Positions 24,409 through 34,105 of a stretch of DNA of 64,000 nt are shown here, piece after piece; position 1 is the first letter of the stretch, and every line of letters begins with the position of its first letter. The notes beneath the pieces are model-generated. The model saw only the letters and a list, made by a program, of their open reading frames with translations. It was not told the origin of the DNA and did not search any database. Both the position numbers and the translations under genes were made by a program. The DNA lies in assembly GCA_964603585.1 (NCBI GenBank), contig CAZRVK010000001.1, positions 133,327 to 197,326 on the forward strand, read 5' to 3'. This DNA comes from an uncultured Planctomycetales bacterium. GTDB taxonomy: Bacteria; Omnitrophota; Gorgyraeia; Gygaellales; Profunditerraquicolaceae.

Positions 24409-25902
24409 TTACGGACAGTTGATCGCCTCAATTAACGCACGCGCTTTATTTACAGTCTCATAATACTCTTTTTCCGGGATAGAATCCGCCACTATCCCCG
24501 CACCTGCCTGCACATAGGCAGTATTATCTTTAACCATGACCGTCCTCAAGGTTATACAAGTATCCATATTATGTTGAAAACTAAAATAACCAACGCATCC
24601 GGCATATGTTCCCCGGCGGGTATTTTCCAGCTCATCGATGATCTCCATCGCCCGGATCTTCGGCGCGCCGCTTACTGTCCCGGCAGGAAAACAAGCCCGC
24701 AAACAATCATAGATATCGAATTTCTTGTTTAACCGCCCGGTGACTTCAGATACCAAATGCATCACATGCGAATAACGCTCCACCGACATAAACTCACTGA
24801 CACTGACCGTGCCTTTCGTACAAATCCGGCCCAGATCGTTGCGCCCTAAATCTAAAAGCATAATATGCTCTGCCTTTTCTTTCTCATCATTCATAAGTTC
24901 TAACTCCAAAGCTTTATCCTGAACGGGAGTTTTGCCCCGAGGGCGCGTCCCGGCGATCGGCCGGGTCCAAAGCATGCCATCTTCACAACGCACCAGCATT
25001 TCAGGAGAAGCCCCGACCAAAGAGGTATCCAAAAACCTCAAAAAGAACATATAGGGAGAGGGGTTTATCCTGCGCAAACTGCGGTAAATCTCAAATGCCG
25101 GTTTCGCCACATGGAATTTAAACCTCTGGGACAAAACCACCTGGATTATATCCCCTTTACGGATATAATCCTTGGCTTTTTCCACCATCTTCTTAAATTC
25201 GCTTTTCGTATAATTAGAGATCAGCTCCGGGCTCACCGGCATCTTCACCGGTTTAGCCTTCTTAAGAACCGGAGATGATTGCAGCTCTTTTTGACGGGAG
25301 GCGATCTTTTTTAGCGTATGCAAATATATCCTGGCTAATTGAGAATCAGGGATTTTTGTTTTTTTCCCTGGCAGGACAACATTGACTACAACCTTTATCG
25401 TATGATTAACATGGTCAAAGACCAGGATGTCATCAGTAAGCATTAACGATGTATCCGGCATTTTAAGACCATCAGGGTTTTTATCAGGGATATCCTCAAA
25501 AAACCTGACCATATCATAACCGATAAAACCCACAAGCCCGCCGCAGAAACGCGGCAAACCTTTTACCTCTACCGCCTTAAAATCCCGCATGATCTTACGG
25601 ACCTCATCCAAAGGATCGGTTTTAGTCAGAAAATTCCTGGTCTTCCTGCTCCGTGGCTCGATTATATCTATAGACCTGCCCCGGCTTTGAAAAACCAAAC
25701 GCGGGTTACTGCCTAAGAAAGAAAACCGGGCAATACTCTCCTGGCCTTCCACTGACTCCAATAAAAAAGCATATTCATCATCCTTAAGTTTCAAAAACGC
25801 CGATACCGGAGTATCTAAATCCGCATTGATCTCGGTATAAACAGGGATCACGTTTCCTTGCTTAGAGAGTTTTATGAAGTCTTTTAGAGTGGGAGTAAAC
25901 AT
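24409..25902 (-). CDS. trpE: Anthranilate synthase component I-like chorismate-utilising enzyme (TrpE/PabB family). Start trimmed to the internal MFTPTLKDF.
   Basis: LLESVEG allosteric-site motif and a C-terminal chorismate-binding domain. No trpG or trpD is adjacent. Confidence 0.65.
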   Translation of the reverse strand: MFTPTLKDFIKLSKQGNVIPVYTEINADLDTPVSAFLKLKDDEYAFLLESVEGQESIARFSFLGSNPRLVFQSRGRSIDIIEPRSRKTRNFLTKTDPLDEVRKIMRDFKAVEVKGLPRFCGGLVGFIGYDMVRFFEDIPDKNPDGLKMPDTSLMLTDDILVFDHVNHTIKVVVNVVLPGKKTKIPDSQLARIYLHTLKKIASRQKELQSSPVLKKAKPVKMPVSPELISNYTKSEFKKMVEKAKDYIRKGDIIQVVLSQRFKFHVAKPAFEIYRSLRRINPSPYMFFLRFLDTSLVGASPEMLVRCEDGMLWTRPIAGTRPRGKTPVQDKALELELMNDEKEKAEHIMLLDLGRNDLGRICTKGTVSVSEFMSVERYSHVMHLVSEVTGRLNKKFDIYDCLRACFPAGTVSGAPKIRAMEIIDELENTRRGTYAGCVGYFSFQHNMDTCITLRTVMVKDNTAYVQAGAGIVADSIPEKEYYETVNKARALIEAINCP

Positions 25903-25984
25903 GGCTATATACGTAATAAACGTGTTGGTTCCAGGCTTCAGGTTTCCCTGATACTTGGCACTTTGACACCCAAATCTTCCTAAC

Positions 25985-26317
25985 TTATTTGATCTTTCTA
26001 TAAAAACACGACCTATTCCCCGTATGACAGGCAACACCAACCTGCCTTACTTTTATAAGCAATGTGTCCAGGTCACAGTCATAGGAGACCGATTTGATGA
26101 TCTGAAAATGGCCGGAAGTTTCCCCCTTAACCCAGAATTTCTTGCGTGAACGCGACCAAAAACAGGTCTTGCCAAGTTTAAGAGTGCGTTTCAAGGATTC
26201 CCGGTTCATATATGCCAGCATCAGGACCTCATTATCCTTGTAATCCTGCACTATCGCCGGGATCAAACCAGATTTATCGAACTTCAAGCTTTTTAAATCA
26301 AATTTTATCTGTTTCAT
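25985..26317 (-). CDS. hisI: Phosphoribosyl-AMP cyclohydrolase HisI
   Basis: 110 aa in the PRA-CH family. Follows hisF. Confidence 0.85.
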   Translation of the reverse strand: MKQIKFDLKSLKFDKSGLIPAIVQDYKDNEVLMLAYMNRESLKRTLKLGKTCFWSRSRKKFWVKGETSGHFQIIKSVSYDCDLDTLLIKVRQVGVACHTGNRSCFYRKIK

Positions 26318-27087
26318 AACCTGACCTTGACTCCTTTCCCATCCAAATATTCTTTTACCTGACGGACAGTATATTCCTGATAATGGAATATAGACGCCGC
26401 CAGTCCCGCATCCGCCCCGGTCTTTGTAAATACTTCAAAAAAATCTTCCAATGAGCCTGCCCCTCCAGAGGCAATTAACGGGATATTTACCGCATCCGCA
26501 ACGCTTTTTGTCAACAATAGATCAAAACCATTCTTGGTCCCATCAAAATCCATACTCGTCAAAAGGATCTCTCCGGCACCTAAAGCCTCCGCCTTTTTGG
26601 CCCAATCCAGAAGATCAATCCCTGTAGGGGTCCGTCCGCCGTTTATGTAAACCTCCCAGGAAGAATGAGAAACAGGTCCCGACGAACGGAATTTTGCGTC
26701 AATTGCCACAACAATACACTGACTGCCAAACCTGCGCGCCGCATCCTCGATCAGTGCAGGAGAATTTACCGCTGAAGTATTCATGGAAACCTTATCCGCT
26801 CCAGCGTTCAATAAGTCACGGATATCATCAATCGTGCGGATACCTCCCCCGACAGTAAAAGGCATATAAATATTTGCCGCGATCTCCTCTACCAGTTTGA
26901 CTAAAGTCTTTCGCTTTTCAAAGCTGGCAGTAATATCTAAAAACACCAGCTCATCCGCGCACTGCTGGTCATAAATCCTGGCGACCTCAACCGGGTCTCC
27001 GGCATCTTTTAATCCGAGGAACTTTACCCCTTTGACCACCCGGTTATCTTTGATATCCAGACAGGGAATAATACGTTTAGTTAACAT
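26314..27087 (-). CDS. hisF: Imidazole glycerol phosphate synthase cyclase subunit HisF. Start trimmed to [12 protein letters not shown].
   Basis: HisF TIM-barrel motifs. The longest-ORF extension would run into the heptamer repeats. Confidence 0.9.
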   Translation of the reverse strand: MLTKRIIPCLDIKDNRVVKGVKFLGLKDAGDPVEVARIYDQQCADELVFLDITASFEKRKTLVKLVEEIAANIYMPFTVGGGIRTIDDIRDLLNAGADKVSMNTSAVNSPALIEDAARRFGSQCIVVAIDAKFRSSGPVSHSSWEVYINGGRTPTGIDLLDWAKKAEALGAGEILLTSMDFDGTKNGFDLLLTKSVADAVNIPLIASGGAGSLEDFFEVFTKTGADAGLAASIFHYQEYTVRQVKEYLDGKGVKVRL

Positions 27088-27095
27088 ACTGGTTA

Positions 27096-27154
27096 GTTCA
27101 CAGTTCACAGTTCACAGTTCACGGTTCTTTCATTAAACTGTCTTCTGTGAACTG
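27096..27154. repeat. Four tandem copies of heptamer GTTCACA (27096..27123) plus an inverted copy CTGTGAACTG (27145..27154)
   Basis: Direct reading: GTTCACAGTTCACAGTTCACAGTTCACGGTTC ... TCTGTGAACTGTT, in the gap between the lipoprotein gene and hisF. Confidence 0.7.
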
Positions 27155-27164
27155 TTAACTCTAA

Positions 27165-27620
27165 TTATTTAACTTTCTTATTTAAATAAACCTTTAATAC
27201 TGCCCAGGTGTTCTTGCCGACCCTTCCATCCGCAGGAAGATTATTTGCTTTTTGAAAGGCCTTGATCGCGTCTTTAGTCTGCCTACCGATCCTGCCATCG
27301 ATATGCCCGGGATTGTATCCTGCATTAGCCAGCGCCGTCTGTATCTGTTTAGCAGACGGACGTGATTTAGGCAAAGAAACGGTTTTCCTGCGGTTGGCTA
27401 AATCCTGTGAAGCCGCCGACTGCATATCCATTTCCATCCTATTCAATGTTTCCCGCAGGCTGTTTATCTCTTCATCCTTGGACTGAACCTGCATTTCTAA
27501 AACTGAAAGCTGGTTCCTTAACCCCTGTATCTCCTGATCTTTCTGCTTACGGGCAGTTGCACAGCCACTTAAAACAAATAAAGAAACCAATATTACCGCA
27601 AAAACCGTTTTTCTAAGCAT
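27165..27620 (-). CDS. Lipoprotein with a coiled-coil region and a C-terminal peptidoglycan-binding domain
   Basis: Signal peptide plus lipobox (LSGC). C-terminal motif YNPGHIDGRIGRQTKDAIKAFQKANNLPADGRVG, typical of PG_binding_1. Confidence 0.6.
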   Translation of the reverse strand: MLRKTVFAVILVSLFVLSGCATARKQKDQEIQGLRNQLSVLEMQVQSKDEEINSLRETLNRMEMDMQSAASQDLANRRKTVSLPKSRPSAKQIQTALANAGYNPGHIDGRIGRQTKDAIKAFQKANNLPADGRVGKNTWAVLKVYLNKKVK

Positions 27621-27666
27621 TTTTTAACCCTCCTTTTATCCGCCAGTTTAGAACAAATGAAAATTA

Positions 27667-28389
27667 TTATCCTATCTTTAGGGCCTCTGGTAAAGTAAAA
27701 TTCCCTTCATATAAAGCCTTACCGATGATCACGCCAACTAAACCCTGATTCTCCAGTGATTTCATCAGACGCAAATCATCCAAGCTGGAAATCCCCCCCG
27801 ACCCAATGACCTTTAAACCGCTTCCTTTGATTAACCCGGTAATACCGGAAATATCCGGGCCTTTTAACATGCCATCCTTGGAAATATCAGTGTAGATTAC
27901 CTCACTAAAACCTATTTCCTTCAAGTCCTTTGCCATTTCTAAAACATCTACACCGAAAGCAGCCTGTCCCCAACCCTTGGTCATGACTTTTCCCTGACGG
28001 GCATCTATACTGACAATAACTTTCTCATTAAACTTCGAGAATGCCAGGCGCAAAAAATCACGGTCTTCAGCCGCTTTAGTTCCCAAAACTACCCTGAATA
28101 CCCCCGCCTCAAGAGAATCCTGTATTGCCTGAATATTTCTTATCCCTCCGCCAAGTTCCACCGGGATACGGCAATTACTGACGATCTCCTTTATCAGCGC
28201 AAGGTTTTTCTGAAGGCCGGTGCGCGCCCCGTCAAGATCAACAATATGTATAAGCTTTGCCCCCAGGCCAGCCCAATGCTTTGCCGCATCCACCGGACTA
28301 TAAGAATAAACTTTCTCATTCTTGAAATCCCCCTGGACCAGGCGGACAACCGATCCATCTTTTATGTCGATCGCTGGAATAATCAGCAT
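27667..28389 (-). CDS. hisA: ProFAR isomerase HisA
   Basis: 240 aa, MLIIPAIDIKDGSVVRLVQGD. Confidence 0.9.
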   Translation of the reverse strand: MLIIPAIDIKDGSVVRLVQGDFKNEKVYSYSPVDAAKHWAGLGAKLIHIVDLDGARTGLQKNLALIKEIVSNCRIPVELGGGIRNIQAIQDSLEAGVFRVVLGTKAAEDRDFLRLAFSKFNEKVIVSIDARQGKVMTKGWGQAAFGVDVLEMAKDLKEIGFSEVIYTDISKDGMLKGPDISGITGLIKGSGLKVIGSGGISSLDDLRLMKSLENQGLVGVIIGKALYEGNFTLPEALKIG

Positions 28390-28448
28390 ATTCGGTTTTG
28401 TTCGGCCTCAACCCTTAGCCACAATTAATAAGCACGCAAAATACACGG

Positions 28449-29057
28449 TTACATCTCAACAAAATTCTTTAATATCTGCATCCCCACCTGCTGGCTCTTT
28501 TCCGGATGGAACTGCACCCCATAAATATTTGCCTTGGAAACTACTGCCGCAAAATCACCCCCGTAATTGCAGGAAGCAGAAACAACAGATTTATCAATCG
28601 GCTCGGCGTAATAGGAATGGCAAAAATAAACATAAGGCTTATCCGGCAATCCATTGAATAAAGGGCAGGAGGTATTGTTTATATCCAGCTGGTTCCATCC
28701 CATATGCGGGACCTTAAGTAAAGGATGCGCGTTAAATTTACTGACCTTGCCCTGTAATAATTTCAACCCCTGCAGGCCCGGCGCCTCTGCGCTGGATTCA
28801 AACAACAACTGCAGCCCCAGGCATATCCCCAGGAATATCTTGCCGCGGGCAATACTCTCCAAAATCGCCGGCACAAGTTTGCGGCGTTCTAATTCTTCCA
28901 TTGCATCGGAAAATGCGCCTACCCCGGGTAAAACCAGTTTATCTATACGTTCAAATTCCCCTGGATCATTCGTAATTACAGTATCCGCCCCTAAAGAACC
29001 CAGGGCTTTATAGACACTGTGGATATTGCCCATTCCATAATCAATAATCCCGATCAT
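28449..29057 (-). CDS. hisH: Imidazole glycerol phosphate synthase glutamine amidotransferase subunit HisH
   Basis: 202 aa class-I GATase with catalytic Cys (GICLG). Confidence 0.9.
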   Translation of the reverse strand: MIGIIDYGMGNIHSVYKALGSLGADTVITNDPGEFERIDKLVLPGVGAFSDAMEELERRKLVPAILESIARGKIFLGICLGLQLLFESSAEAPGLQGLKLLQGKVSKFNAHPLLKVPHMGWNQLDINNTSCPLFNGLPDKPYVYFCHSYYAEPIDKSVVSASCNYGGDFAAVVSKANIYGVQFHPEKSQQVGMQILKNFVEM

Positions 29058-29702
29058 TTAATCGATCACACCTTTAGTAGAAGGCACTATCTTACGCCTC
29101 GGATCAATCTGTGTTGCCTGATCCAAAGCAAGTCCTAAGGCCTTAAAAACCGGTTCTAAATCTGTATGCAAATCGTTCACTGCCGTTTCAATAAACACAT
29201 TCAAGTTCATTCCCAAATGTTTTGTCAATGCCTCTAAAAAATGATGCGCATCATCAAAAGAATAATTATCCACCTTCATCTTATCGTGTGGCAAGGCTAA
29301 TTCCGCAGGAGTCATCTTGAAATGCCCACGCCCGCTAATATCAAGGCTAACCCGAACAAGCACATCCTCCATCGGCACAGAAGCAAAACCAAACCGGCGA
29401 ATTCCTTTTTTATTTGATAATGCTTCTTTAAATGCCTGACCCAAAACAATACCAACATCTTCATTGGTATGATGAATATCAACCTTCAGATCACCTTTAG
29501 CTTTTATCTGGAGGTCAAAAAAACCATGAAAAGCAAATAACTCCAGCATATGATCTAAGATACCAACTCCGGTATCAATACTGCTTTTCCCACTGCCATC
29601 GATATTAAGACTAAGGCTGATCTGTGTTTCCCGGGTTTTTCTTTTAATAATCTTTTTGCGCATTTTTCTCCCCTTCCTAAAACCTAGCTCTGACCGAATC
29701 AA
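29058..29702 (-). CDS. hisB: Imidazoleglycerol-phosphate dehydratase HisB. True start may be the internal MRKKII at 29663.
   Basis: IGPD motifs DxHHxxE. Follows hisD. Confidence 0.9.
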   Translation of the reverse strand: MIRSELGFRKGRKMRKKIIKRKTRETQISLSLNIDGSGKSSIDTGVGILDHMLELFAFHGFFDLQIKAKGDLKVDIHHTNEDVGIVLGQAFKEALSNKKGIRRFGFASVPMEDVLVRVSLDISGRGHFKMTPAELALPHDKMKVDNYSFDDAHHFLEALTKHLGMNLNVFIETAVNDLHTDLEPVFKALGLALDQATQIDPRRKIVPSTKGVID

Positions 29703-30900
29703 GGTGTTTACTTAAACCTTCAATCCCGGCAATCTTTTCCAGTGGTTCCTTCACCCGTTCCAGGGCCTTACGGGAATAACTGATAATATGGCTGCTTTTG
29801 ATAAAATCCATCGTCGATAATCCAGAAAAAAATCGTGCGGTCCCAGATGTAGGCAATACATGGCTGGGCCCGGCAATATAATCGCCCAAAGCCGTCGGGC
29901 TGTATGGCCCCAGGAATATCGCACCGGCATTCTTTATCTTCTTTAAAAGCGCACGCGGATTATTAACCAGTATTTCCAAATGTTCAGGCGCGATCATATT
30001 AGCGATCTCCGCTGCCTGGTCAAGGTTTTGGGTCAGGATGATATAGCCGTTGGTGTCCAAACACTGGGCCTTTACCTCCTTAGCCAGGGATTTAGAATTC
30101 GTAATTAAAATTGCCAGTCCGCCGGCATGTTCAGACTGTGCCTTAAGGTCAGAAATAATGAATTTCGGGTCACTCGAACGGTTAGCGATAATTACCAGTT
30201 CCGTAGGCCCGGCAATCATATCAATATCGACCCGGCCAAAAACCTGGCGCTTTGCCTCACTGACATAAATATTGCCCGGGCCAACGATCTTATCAACCCG
30301 GGTGATGGTTTTTGTCCCGTAAGCAAGGGCTGCTATCCCTTGAGCACCTCCAGCACGGTAGATCTCATCCACCTTTAAAAGATCGGCGACTACCAGGATA
30401 TGCGGATTAATGAACCCATGCTTATCCGGTGGGCTCATTAAAACGATCTTTTTAACCCCGGCGATCCTGGCCGGCAATACCGTCATATAAACCGTAGAAA
30501 CTAAAGGGGCGGTACCTGCGGGGATATAAACTCCTACTTTTTCAAGCGGAGTGTAGTTTTCGCCTAAAACAACTCCGTCTCCGTCTTTCATCCGCCATGA
30601 CTTCTTGATCGTCTTGCGGTAAAACCGGTTGATATTATCTATCACCACTTTAAGGCTGGCAACAAAATTAGGAGTGATATTCTGATACGCCCCGCTTAAC
30701 TCGATCTCCGAAACCTTAAGCTGGCGGGCTGAAAGTTTGACCCGGTCGAATTTACGGGTATATTTAAGTACCGCCTCATCCCCGAACATGCGCACATCAT
30801 CAATGATCCCTTTTACCTTGTCTTCGATCCTTTTGGATTTTAAAAAAGCCCGGTCATAGATCTTTTCTAATTGTTTACTGGAGGAACGGATTATCTTCAT
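29677..30900 (-). CDS. hisD: Histidinol dehydrogenase HisD
   Basis: 407 aa in the HisD family. Start is 2 nt after the alaS stop. Confidence 0.9.
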   Translation of the reverse strand: MKIIRSSSKQLEKIYDRAFLKSKRIEDKVKGIIDDVRMFGDEAVLKYTRKFDRVKLSARQLKVSEIELSGAYQNITPNFVASLKVVIDNINRFYRKTIKKSWRMKDGDGVVLGENYTPLEKVGVYIPAGTAPLVSTVYMTVLPARIAGVKKIVLMSPPDKHGFINPHILVVADLLKVDEIYRAGGAQGIAALAYGTKTITRVDKIVGPGNIYVSEAKRQVFGRVDIDMIAGPTELVIIANRSSDPKFIISDLKAQSEHAGGLAILITNSKSLAKEVKAQCLDTNGYIILTQNLDQAAEIANMIAPEHLEILVNNPRALLKKIKNAGAIFLGPYSPTALGDYIAGPSHVLPTSGTARFFSGLSTMDFIKSSHIISYSRKALERVKEPLEKIAGIEGLSKHLDSVRARF

Positions 30901-30901
30901 T

Positions 30902-33616
30902 TTACTGCCTGCCTTTTATGATTTCTCTTAATTTCGCCAATGCCTCTTCCAATTTAGAAGGATCCTTCCCTCCTGCCTGGGCAAAATCCTTTCTCCCCCC
31001 GCCGCTTCCCCCGATTATCGGGGCGATCTCTTTAATCAGTGCCGAGATATCGAAATGCGCGGCGGAGCTGCCCACAACCCCTCCGACTAAGAATGCCTTA
31101 TCTCCGGTACCAGGATCAGCGCCCAGCAAAATAACCGCGTTATCAAGCTTTTGTTTGAGTAAATCCACGGTCTTACGTAAACCATCCATATCTACACCTT
31201 TAATCAAACAAGTTAAAACATTAACCCCGTTGATATTTTCTACTGATTTCAGGTAATCCTCAAGCGAGGATTTAAGATTATTCGATTTTTGAGAGTCCAG
31301 TTGTTTCTCCAGTTCCTTTACTCTGGATAACCGTTTCTGGATATCTTCGACCAATTTATCCGCAGCGACATTCAAAACTAAAGACATCTGTTTAACTAAA
31401 GCCGCTTGTTCGACGATCAGGTTATATGCCGATTTCCCGGTTACCCCTTCAATCCTTCTCACCCCGCTGGCAATAGACCCTTCATGCACAATCCTAAATA
31501 TCCCAATCAAAGCAGTCGAATCAAGATGAGTACCTCCGCAAAACTCTTTAGAGATATCCCCCACAGAAATAACCCTCACCTTATCCCCGTATTTCTCGCC
31601 AAAAAAAGCCAGTGCCCCGGTTTTTTTAGCTTCTTTGGTCAGCATCTCTTTTTTCGAAACCGTCAAATCCTGCAAAATAAAATCATTTACCACCTCTTCT
31701 ATCCGGGATAACTCTTCGACAGTAATTTCCTTAAAATGGGTGAAATCAAAACGGAACTTCTCATCGTTCACCAATGACCCCTGCTGTTGAATATGCGCTC
31801 CTAATATCTGCCTTAACGCTGCCTGCAATAAGTGAGTAGCCGTATGATTCCTGGCAATAGACAGACGCCGGATACGGTCAACTTCAGTTCTTACAGGATC
31901 ATTAATCTTAAAATTTCCGCGCTTAACCTGGCCAATATGCACTATCGCCTTACCAACCCGTTTCGTATCCGAAACCTCAAACATATCTTTACTGGAACCA
32001 ACAGCCTTGGTATTTTTGCCTTTTGCGGCACTTTTTATTTTACACAAACTCCCGCAATCACCAACTTGTCCTCCGGCTTCCGCATAAAAAGTGGTCTTAT
32101 CCAGGATGATCTCTGCACTCTCTCCGGCAGAAACCTTCTTGACTTCCTTATTATCCTTAATAATCTTGAGGATATGCGCCGGGGATTCAAGCAAGGTATA
32201 TCCTAAAAACTTGCTTTCCTTGACATTTAACTCCAGATCCTTTACCGCAAAAACATCCCCCTTCATGGAACTTTGCTCTTTGGAACGGTTCTTCTGTAAT
32301 TCTAACTGGCGGTCAAAAACCTCCTGGGAAATATTTATCCCGTGCTTTTTTGCCCAATCACTGATCACTTCAAAAGGTATGCCATAGGTATCATACAACT
32401 GAAAAGCGATGATCCCGTTCAGATCCGGATCACCAGGATTGCGTACATTTAGACCTCCGCCAAGAGCCGTACCCGCAAGAGCTGTCTTTGAAAAAAACTT
32501 ATTTTTCAATAATGAATCACTTGTGGCTAAAGTATGGATAAAGCTCTTTTCTTCCGCTAAAATGATCTCCGAGATGTTTTCCCGGCGCGCTTCTAATTCC
32601 GGATAAGGCTCATGCATGATCCGAGAAAGCACCGGCACTAATTTATATAAGCCTGCCTGTTTAATCCCCAGACAACGCAGGTGCATTACGCATTTACGAA
32701 TCAGCTTCCGCACAACATAACCCCGGCCTTCATTAGAAGGCATCACCCCATCATATATGGAGAATGTGACCGCGCGGAGATGGTCTGCGATGGCATAAAA
32801 CGCTTCTTTGCTGTTTTCAGAGGCGTCACTCTTTGACTGGCGCTTAATTTCATTGATCAGGGGTTGGAATAACTCGGTCTCAAAATTATTCTTTGCATTC
32901 TGCATCACCGCCGTCAGGCGCTCAAGCCCCATCCCGGTATCGATATTCTTGTTCGGTAACGGCTCTAATTCATTTTCACCTTTGCGGTTAAACTGGGTAA
33001 AAACTAAATTCCAGATCTCAACGAACCTGCCGCAGCTGCATGAAGGATTGCAATCTTTTCTTTTACATCCAGTATCGGGCCCGTAATCAATAAATATCTC
33101 CGAACACGGCCCGCATGGCCCGTTCGGCCCCAGTTTTCGGGCATCGGCCGGCCAGAAATTGTCTTTATCCCCTAATTTTACAATGCGTTCCGCCGGGACT
33201 TTGATCTGGTCATGCCAGATACGGTAAGACTCTTCATCTTCATCGTGCACCGATACCCACAGGCGCTGGCGGTCGAGTTTAAGCTCGACTGTCAAAAACT
33301 CCCAAGCCCAGGCGATCGCTTCTTTTTTAAAATAATCCCCAAAGGAAAAGTTCCCCAGCATTTCAAAGAATGTATGGTGACCGGAAGTCTTTCCTACCTT
33401 ATCCAGATCATCTGTGCGTAAACACCGCTGTGATGAAGCCGCCCGGGTAAAATCAGTGATCACCCCCATAAACTGACGCTTAAACTGGTTCATCCCGGCA
33501 GGCGTAAAAAGCACTGTCGGATCATCCTTCGGCACAAGCGAATCGCTTGCGGCCAGCTTATGCTTGCGGGATTTAAAGAAATCCAGGAATTTCCTGCGTA
33601 AAATATCCGCTGTCAT
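30902..33616 (-). CDS. alaS: Alanine--tRNA ligase
   Basis: 904 aa with class II aaRS motifs, an editing domain and C-Ala. Confidence 0.95.
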   Translation of the reverse strand: MTADILRRKFLDFFKSRKHKLAASDSLVPKDDPTVLFTPAGMNQFKRQFMGVITDFTRAASSQRCLRTDDLDKVGKTSGHHTFFEMLGNFSFGDYFKKEAIAWAWEFLTVELKLDRQRLWVSVHDEDEESYRIWHDQIKVPAERIVKLGDKDNFWPADARKLGPNGPCGPCSEIFIDYGPDTGCKRKDCNPSCSCGRFVEIWNLVFTQFNRKGENELEPLPNKNIDTGMGLERLTAVMQNAKNNFETELFQPLINEIKRQSKSDASENSKEAFYAIADHLRAVTFSIYDGVMPSNEGRGYVVRKLIRKCVMHLRCLGIKQAGLYKLVPVLSRIMHEPYPELEARRENISEIILAEEKSFIHTLATSDSLLKNKFFSKTALAGTALGGGLNVRNPGDPDLNGIIAFQLYDTYGIPFEVISDWAKKHGINISQEVFDRQLELQKNRSKEQSSMKGDVFAVKDLELNVKESKFLGYTLLESPAHILKIIKDNKEVKKVSAGESAEIILDKTTFYAEAGGQVGDCGSLCKIKSAAKGKNTKAVGSSKDMFEVSDTKRVGKAIVHIGQVKRGNFKINDPVRTEVDRIRRLSIARNHTATHLLQAALRQILGAHIQQQGSLVNDEKFRFDFTHFKEITVEELSRIEEVVNDFILQDLTVSKKEMLTKEAKKTGALAFFGEKYGDKVRVISVGDISKEFCGGTHLDSTALIGIFRIVHEGSIASGVRRIEGVTGKSAYNLIVEQAALVKQMSLVLNVAADKLVEDIQKRLSRVKELEKQLDSQKSNNLKSSLEDYLKSVENINGVNVLTCLIKGVDMDGLRKTVDLLKQKLDNAVILLGADPGTGDKAFLVGGVVGSSAAHFDISALIKEIAPIIGGSGGGRKDFAQAGGKDPSKLEEALAKLREIIKGRQ

Positions 33617-33631
33617 TATATGGTCCTTGGT

Positions 33632-34105
33632 CTATTCCAATTGTTCAATCGCATTATTTACTGCATCCGGAGAAAAACCGCGGCGTAAAAGATATGCATA
33701 AATGCGCCTTTTGGCGATATCAGGGTCGATATTCCTTGACCTCTGGAATTTATCCCGAGCCAATTTCAATGTGATCTCTGGTTCCGGAAAGCTATCCCTT
33801 AACGTTTCTGCAGCCCGGTCAATGATCTCCTTGGCCACCCCTTTTAACCTCAACTCCGCTTTGATCCGGTTTGCCCCTTCAAACCGGGACAACCTCGATT
33901 CAAACCAGGCTTTCGCAAACGCTTCATCATCTATAAAACCTTTGGCCTGCAAAAAATCCAGGGTATCTTTTATCGCCTGCGGGCTGAAACGCTTCATCTT
34001 TAACCGCTGGCAAATCTCCTTTTGACTGCGCATCCGGAATTTAAGCAGCAAAAAAGCATAAAGCCTGGCTTTGGCCAATTCACTAACGGCTGTATTATTT
34101 TTCAC
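33632..34105 (-). CDS. recX: Regulatory protein RecX
   Basis: 157 aa of three-helix repeats. Position between recA/htrA and alaS. Confidence 0.7.
   Translation of the reverse strand: MKNNTAVSELAKARLYAFLLLKFRMRSQKEICQRLKMKRFSPQAIKDTLDFLQAKGFIDDEAFAKAWFESRLSRFEGANRIKAELRLKGVAKEIIDRAAETLRDSFPEPEITLKLARDKFQRSRNIDPDIAKRRIYAYLLRRGFSPDAVNNAIEQLE

Noticed and set aside
25903-26040. 46-aa N-terminal extension of the TrpE-like ORF (longest-ORF start at 26040)
   Set aside because: The extension overlaps the hisI coding region and lacks homology. The conserved TrpE N-terminus begins at the internal Met, so the start was trimmed to 25902.
27088-27108. 7-aa N-terminal extension of hisF (MNCELTS)
   Set aside because: The extension is encoded by the GTTCACA tandem repeat itself. 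The conserved HisF N-terminus [11 protein letters not shown] starts at 27087.
28654-29013. Plus-strand 119-aa ORF inside hisH
   Set aside because: Antisense to a well-conserved GATase gene.
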